A DNA stretch of 64,000 bases from Magallana gigas (lineage: Eukaryota): NCBI RefSeq assembly GCF_963853765.1, contig NC_088855.1, positions 32,612,001 to 32,676,000 of the forward strand. The letters run 5' to 3'. Of the stretch, positions 59,291 through 64,000 are shown piece by piece. Position 1 is the first letter of the stretch; each line of letters opens with the position of its first letter. The notes beneath the pieces are model-generated. The model was given only the letters and a program-made list of their open reading frames with translations. It was not told the DNA's origin and did no database searches. The position numbers were made by a program, and so were the translations under genes.

Positions 59291-62200
59291 CAGTGTAATT
59301 TTATAATACTTGTAAAATATAATGGTGTTATATATTCATTTTGATATACAATTCAAGCCTTAAATTTCCAGTTTCATGGTACAGGACATTCACATGTTGT
59401 AAACTGTTGGATATGTCAAGGGACTAACTTGCTCCCTTAACAGGAAGCCAAGAGATGCTGCGAGAGGCCGACACTGTTCTACATGCCTCACTGTGGGAAA
59501 AGCCTGTACAACAACCTGCTGTTTGCTAACTGGAGTCCTGATAGACTGTGTCACGTTGTCATCATAGGAAAGTCAGTTTATAAACATACTACAAATATAA
59601 GGAAATTTCTACATACAGTCGAACTTTGATTGATCTCGAACCCTGATATCTCAAATACAATTGATATGTCGAAGTGATTTGTAAGTCCTTACCACTTAAT
59701 TTTGAAGTATTTTACCCTCAATATCTTGAATACACAGCTTTTTTGAAGTTTTTTTAACAGCCCTGTCTAAACAGCCCTGTCTAGTTCGAGATAACAAAGT
59801 TTTACTGTACTTCAGTCTCAAATGATATTGACCCTTCTAAACTGTTTCTGATCATATGAACTACTTATAATAATTTTATTTCTTTTAGGTTGGGTTGGTT
59901 TGGGGTGGGGGGTATTTTAATAACAAATGTATTGCCTTTATTTCAGATTCATATTTTAGAGGTAAATGATATGAAAATCTTTTCTTTCAGTTTGCCCAGT
60001 AGTACATTTAAAAGGTGTGCACCTTTGGTAATGAATGTAAGTTATTTGTATTAACTATGATAGTTGTTTTGCGAAGGACACTAGTATTGAATGTCAATTG
60101 TGATGTCTATTAAATTTTTAAAAGTTAAAAACTTAAAAAATAAATGCGTACGTGAGCTTGATGCACCAATATTATTCTATTTTTCCAAGAATATTGAATG
60201 TCAAGTCTGTTTTGTATGTATCTGTAGATATTTGAAACCTGATTATGCAAATTAAATGAGCTTGATGCACCATCACAACTAAAAACAAATTTTATTAGTT
60301 TGATTTGTTTATTTCAGATTCAGACATTCACAAAGGAGGTGGTTTTTCCTGGGAACTTCCAGTATCAGGTTGTTTTTAATGACACAGTTATCCATGATTT
60401 TCCGAAAGACAAACTTTCGAAAAAAGCAGTGGAATTCTGGGAAGATTGTTCCTCACCTACTTATGATGAAGATGATTTGGAAATTATACCTAAATCTGAA
60501 AAATAAACATGTAGACACACAAACTCAATAAAACTACATGTAAAATTTTGGGTTTCTTTTTTCCCAATAGAGATTAAAAATCTGGACATCATTTGCCAAA
60601 AAAAAAAATAAAAATGATTCCCTGCAACCAAATTAATTTTTTTTTAACTTAATGTTTAATTCAACTTGATGGTACCGATAGAATAAGAAAAATAGTTGAC
60701 TTAATTTTGAATGAGTTGGTTTTATCAAAAATGTGTGTGTTAAAGATTTTAGATTTAGACTTTAGGCCACACAAAAAAAACCTTACGAAGTTTTACTATA
60801 TTCATCCCATAGTCTTAAATTAAATCAACTATAGTCAACACAAATTTATGTAAAAGATTTGTGCAATTTAGGTAAACATATTAAGAATGCTTTTGTTATC
60901 AGAAAACTCCATGCATATAAAACTAGCCTATTTTCCCATTTTTGACCCATTTATATGCATATAAACGAGCGATTAAATAATCTGATTATTATTTTTTGTA
61001 GACAAAACTTTCAGTCAGCGCATGAATACTTTTAAGGGGTGGAATATATGTTTTCTACTTTTTCTGATTTGTAAATTAAAATAATTCAAAATACAAAAAT
61101 AGAGAAGAATAGAACAGAATTTTCCAGATGCAGAAAATTTGAACTATTATTTGTATAGTTTTGCTTAAATATGAGTGTGTGGGTCTGACAAGCAATAAAA
61201 TAAATTGGCGTGGCCTTAAATATTCACTTAATTAGGTCTCTTAATATTGATCCGATATTAAACTGATTCAATATCTTCCCACTAGTGATTTATGGAACCA
61301 TGTGACGATGTGTTTATAAAAACGGAACGGAAAAAAACTTTTAATTGATTAAAGACATATACCCTTTTTTACATGATCGTTATTATTATGTATGAGTGTT
61401 AACAATTGAGTGAAAACGATAATTAATAGAGATGAACAATGAATTCAACAAGTTAATTTCCAACGACACAGCCAACTCAAGATGATTAAAACCAAGTTTT
61501 TTAATGCTATTTTTAACAATTTTCTGACCTCAAGCCTTAGAGAAGTCGATTTAGATGCTAATTTGGGTGCTCTGCTTCAGAGAAAAAATACCGAATAATC
61601 GTCGGAAAAATACGGTACTAACAATGTATATCATTTTACAATCCTTAGATACCAATATCTGGACGTTCTTCTCATTATTTTTGATATTGATTGAATTTTT
61701 ATTACCGATGGATTCAAAGGAATTCATAAAAGCCAATATCGAGGTTGATATTGTAATTTTTATTGATATTGTTTGATTTGTTTTAATGCAGTTATAGAGA
61801 TCGTTATTGATTAGGGTACAGACATTTTGTGTACATTTTGTGTACATTATCACCTATACTTAATTAGTCCATCTCGAAATTTATTAGTGTCGATATCGAT
61901 GTCGATATCGTCATTTTATGTACGATATCGTCGTTTCGATAATATAATTGATTTTGCAACTTCATCAGTGTGTGTCGATATCGATGTCGATATCATCAAG
62001 TTGTGTGCGATATCATCGATATCGACATCATAATCGTCATCATAATTGGTCTAGCATTTTTCAAAATTCGATATCGATGTCGATATTGTCATTTTGTTGT
62101 TGATATCGTCGATATCAACAACAAAGTTGGTCTTGGACATGTATGAAGAATTTAGACTACTAAAACTCAATCTTCTTTTAATGTAATTGTTCCCTTTTTT

Positions 62201-62773
62201 TCTCTTTTACAAAAGATTATTTCTTAATATGAAATTTATATGCAGATTCATGCATTTACATGCATTCCAAACAAGCTTGCTAACCACTTTCCAGTTCTTT
62301 CAGTACTTTGATTCTCTTAAGGCAGCTCATTTTATTTTTATGAGGGGTCTAATACATTACCTATAGTGATATATTATTTAAAGATTTAAGGTCCATATGA
62401 TGTTAAACAATAGTATGTCAATCAGAAGAATGTACATTATGTAAGAGGAAGGAGCACATGTACCAGAACATGTGCGGATCCAGGAGGGGGGGGGGGGAGT
62501 CCAACGGTCATTTGAGTTTTCCGGAAGGGAGGTGGGGGGGGGGGGGCGGGAGTCCAAAGCATATTTTTGGTCATATTATAATGTAAATTTAAATAAATCT
62601 GAATTTTGGATCCGCGCATGCAGTGTAATTTTATAATACTTGTAAAATATAATGGTGTTACATATTCATTTTGATATACAATTCAAGCCTTAAATTTCCA
62701 GTTTCATGGTACAGGACATTCACATGTTGTAAACTGTTGGGTATGTCAAGGGACTAACTTGCTCCCTTAACAG

Positions 62774-63824
62774 GAAGCCAAGAGATGCTGCGAGAGGCCA
62801 ACACTGTTCTACATGCCTCACTGTGGGAAAAGCCTGTACAACAACCTGTTGTTTGCTAACTGGAGTCCAGATAGACTGTGTCACGTTGTCATCATAGGAA
62901 ACAACTTCACAAACATGGTTCAGAAGTCAGTTTGTAAACATACTACAAATATAAGGAAATTTCTACATACAGTCGAACTTTGATTAATCTCGAACCCTGA
63001 TATCTCAAATACAGTGGATATGTCAAAGTGATTTGTAAGTCCTAACCACTTAATTTTGAAATAATTTACCCTCAATATCTTGAATACACAGCTTTTTTGA
63101 AGTTTTTTTTTTAACAACCCTGTCTAGTTCGAGATAACAACGTTTCACTGTACTTGAGTATCAAATGATATTGACCCTTCTAAACTGTTTCTGATCATAT
63201 GAACTACTTATAATTCTTTAATTTCTTTTGGGTTGGGTGAGGGGGGGGGTATTTTAATTACAAATGTATTGCCTTTATTTCACATTCATATTAGAGATAA
63301 ATGATATGAAAATCTTTTCTTTCAGTTTGCCTAGTAGTACATGTACATTAAAAAGTGTGCACCTTTGGTAATGAATGTAAGTTATTTGTATTCACTATGA
63401 TAGTTGTTTTGCAAAAGACCCTAGTATTGAATGTCAAGTGCGATGTTTATTAAATTTTAAAGTTTAAAAAACTTAATAAATAAATGCGTACGTGAGCTTG
63501 ATGCACCAATATTATTCTATTTTTCCAAGAATATTGAATGTCAAGTCTGTTTTTTATGTATCTGTAGATATTTGAAACCTGATTATGCAAATTAATTGGG
63601 CTTGATGCACCATTCCAAATAAAAACAAATTTATTAGTTTGATTTGTTTATTTCAGATTCAGACATTCACAGAGGAGGTGGTTTTTCCTGGGAACTTCCA
63701 GTATCAGGATGTTATCCATGTGTTTCCGAAAGACAACTTTTCGAAAATAGCAGTCGAATTCTGGGAAGATTGTTCCACACCTACTTATGATGAAGATGAT
63801 TTGGAATGTATACCCATATCATAA
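62774..63824 (+). pseudogene. SRRD: SRRD partial duplicate 3 (exons 6-8 only, frameshifted)
   Basis: Exon 6 at 62774-62925 intact; exon 7 at 63326-63376 is 51 nt (+6, -1), giving a frameshift and TAA; exon 8 at 63657-63824 has a 15 nt deletion; exons 3-5 removed by a deletion near 62330-62385. Confidence 0.88.
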
Positions 63825-64000
63825 AAATAAACATGTAGACACACAAACTCAATGAAACTACCGGTACATGTAAAATTTTGGGTTTCTTTTTTCCCAATAG
63901 AGATTAAAAATTTGGACATCATTAGGCCAAAAAAAAAAAAAAATGATTACATGCAACCAAATTAATTTTTTTTTAACTTAATGTTTAATTCAAATTGATG

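Larger units (their letters stand above)
58159..60506 (+). pseudogene. SRRD: SRRD partial duplicate 2: lacks exons 1-2, new in-frame ATG, 24 nt in-frame deletion; open 214 aa frame (pseudogene or truncated paralog)
   Basis: Exons 58159-58239, 58419-58520, 58681-58779, 59444-59571 (128 nt vs 152), 59991-60036, 60318-60506; splice sites intact from the exon 3 donor onward; no stops found. Confidence 0.75.
53411..64000 (+). repeat. Tandem segmental triplication of SRRD intron 2 to downstream region (units start at 53411, 57888, 62146; third runs off the window)
   Basis: aagaatttaga..ctaaaact marks each unit start (periods 4477 and 4258 bp); introns, exons and 3' flanks are colinear. Confidence 0.92.

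Noticed and set aside
57303-62033. Paired ORFs at 57303/57307 and 61551/61555/61827
   Set aside because: They recur only because of the segmental duplication; AT-rich, no motifs or splice support.

Overview
AT-rich, intron-containing animal DNA. The repeat landscape (frequent TACATGTA, TA-flanked MITEs, a TTTTAGCTCAC-type Helentron derivative) suggests a bivalve, probably an oyster; this is inference. Three genes were reconstructed exon by exon: an ADAMTS16/18-like metalloprotease (+, 17535-27606, signal-peptide exon not found), KLHDC4 (-, 12 exons, 35518-29827) and SRRD/SRR1-like (+, 8 exons, 51785-55993), followed by two partial tandem SRRD copies. The main finding is a 16.1 kb foldback-type element (35686-51784). 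Its long inverted arms consist of a 124 bp terminus plus arrays of a GC-rich 171 bp satellite (about 12 and 23 units). It is flanked by a 9 bp target-site duplication (ATGTATGGC / ATGAATGGC) that is the SRRD start codon, so the insertion appears to have split a 158 bp head-to-head KLHDC4/SRRD promoter. The SRRD duplicates also show TA->TACATGTA / TACCGGTA footprints and a deletion-created ATG that reopens a 214 aa ORF.
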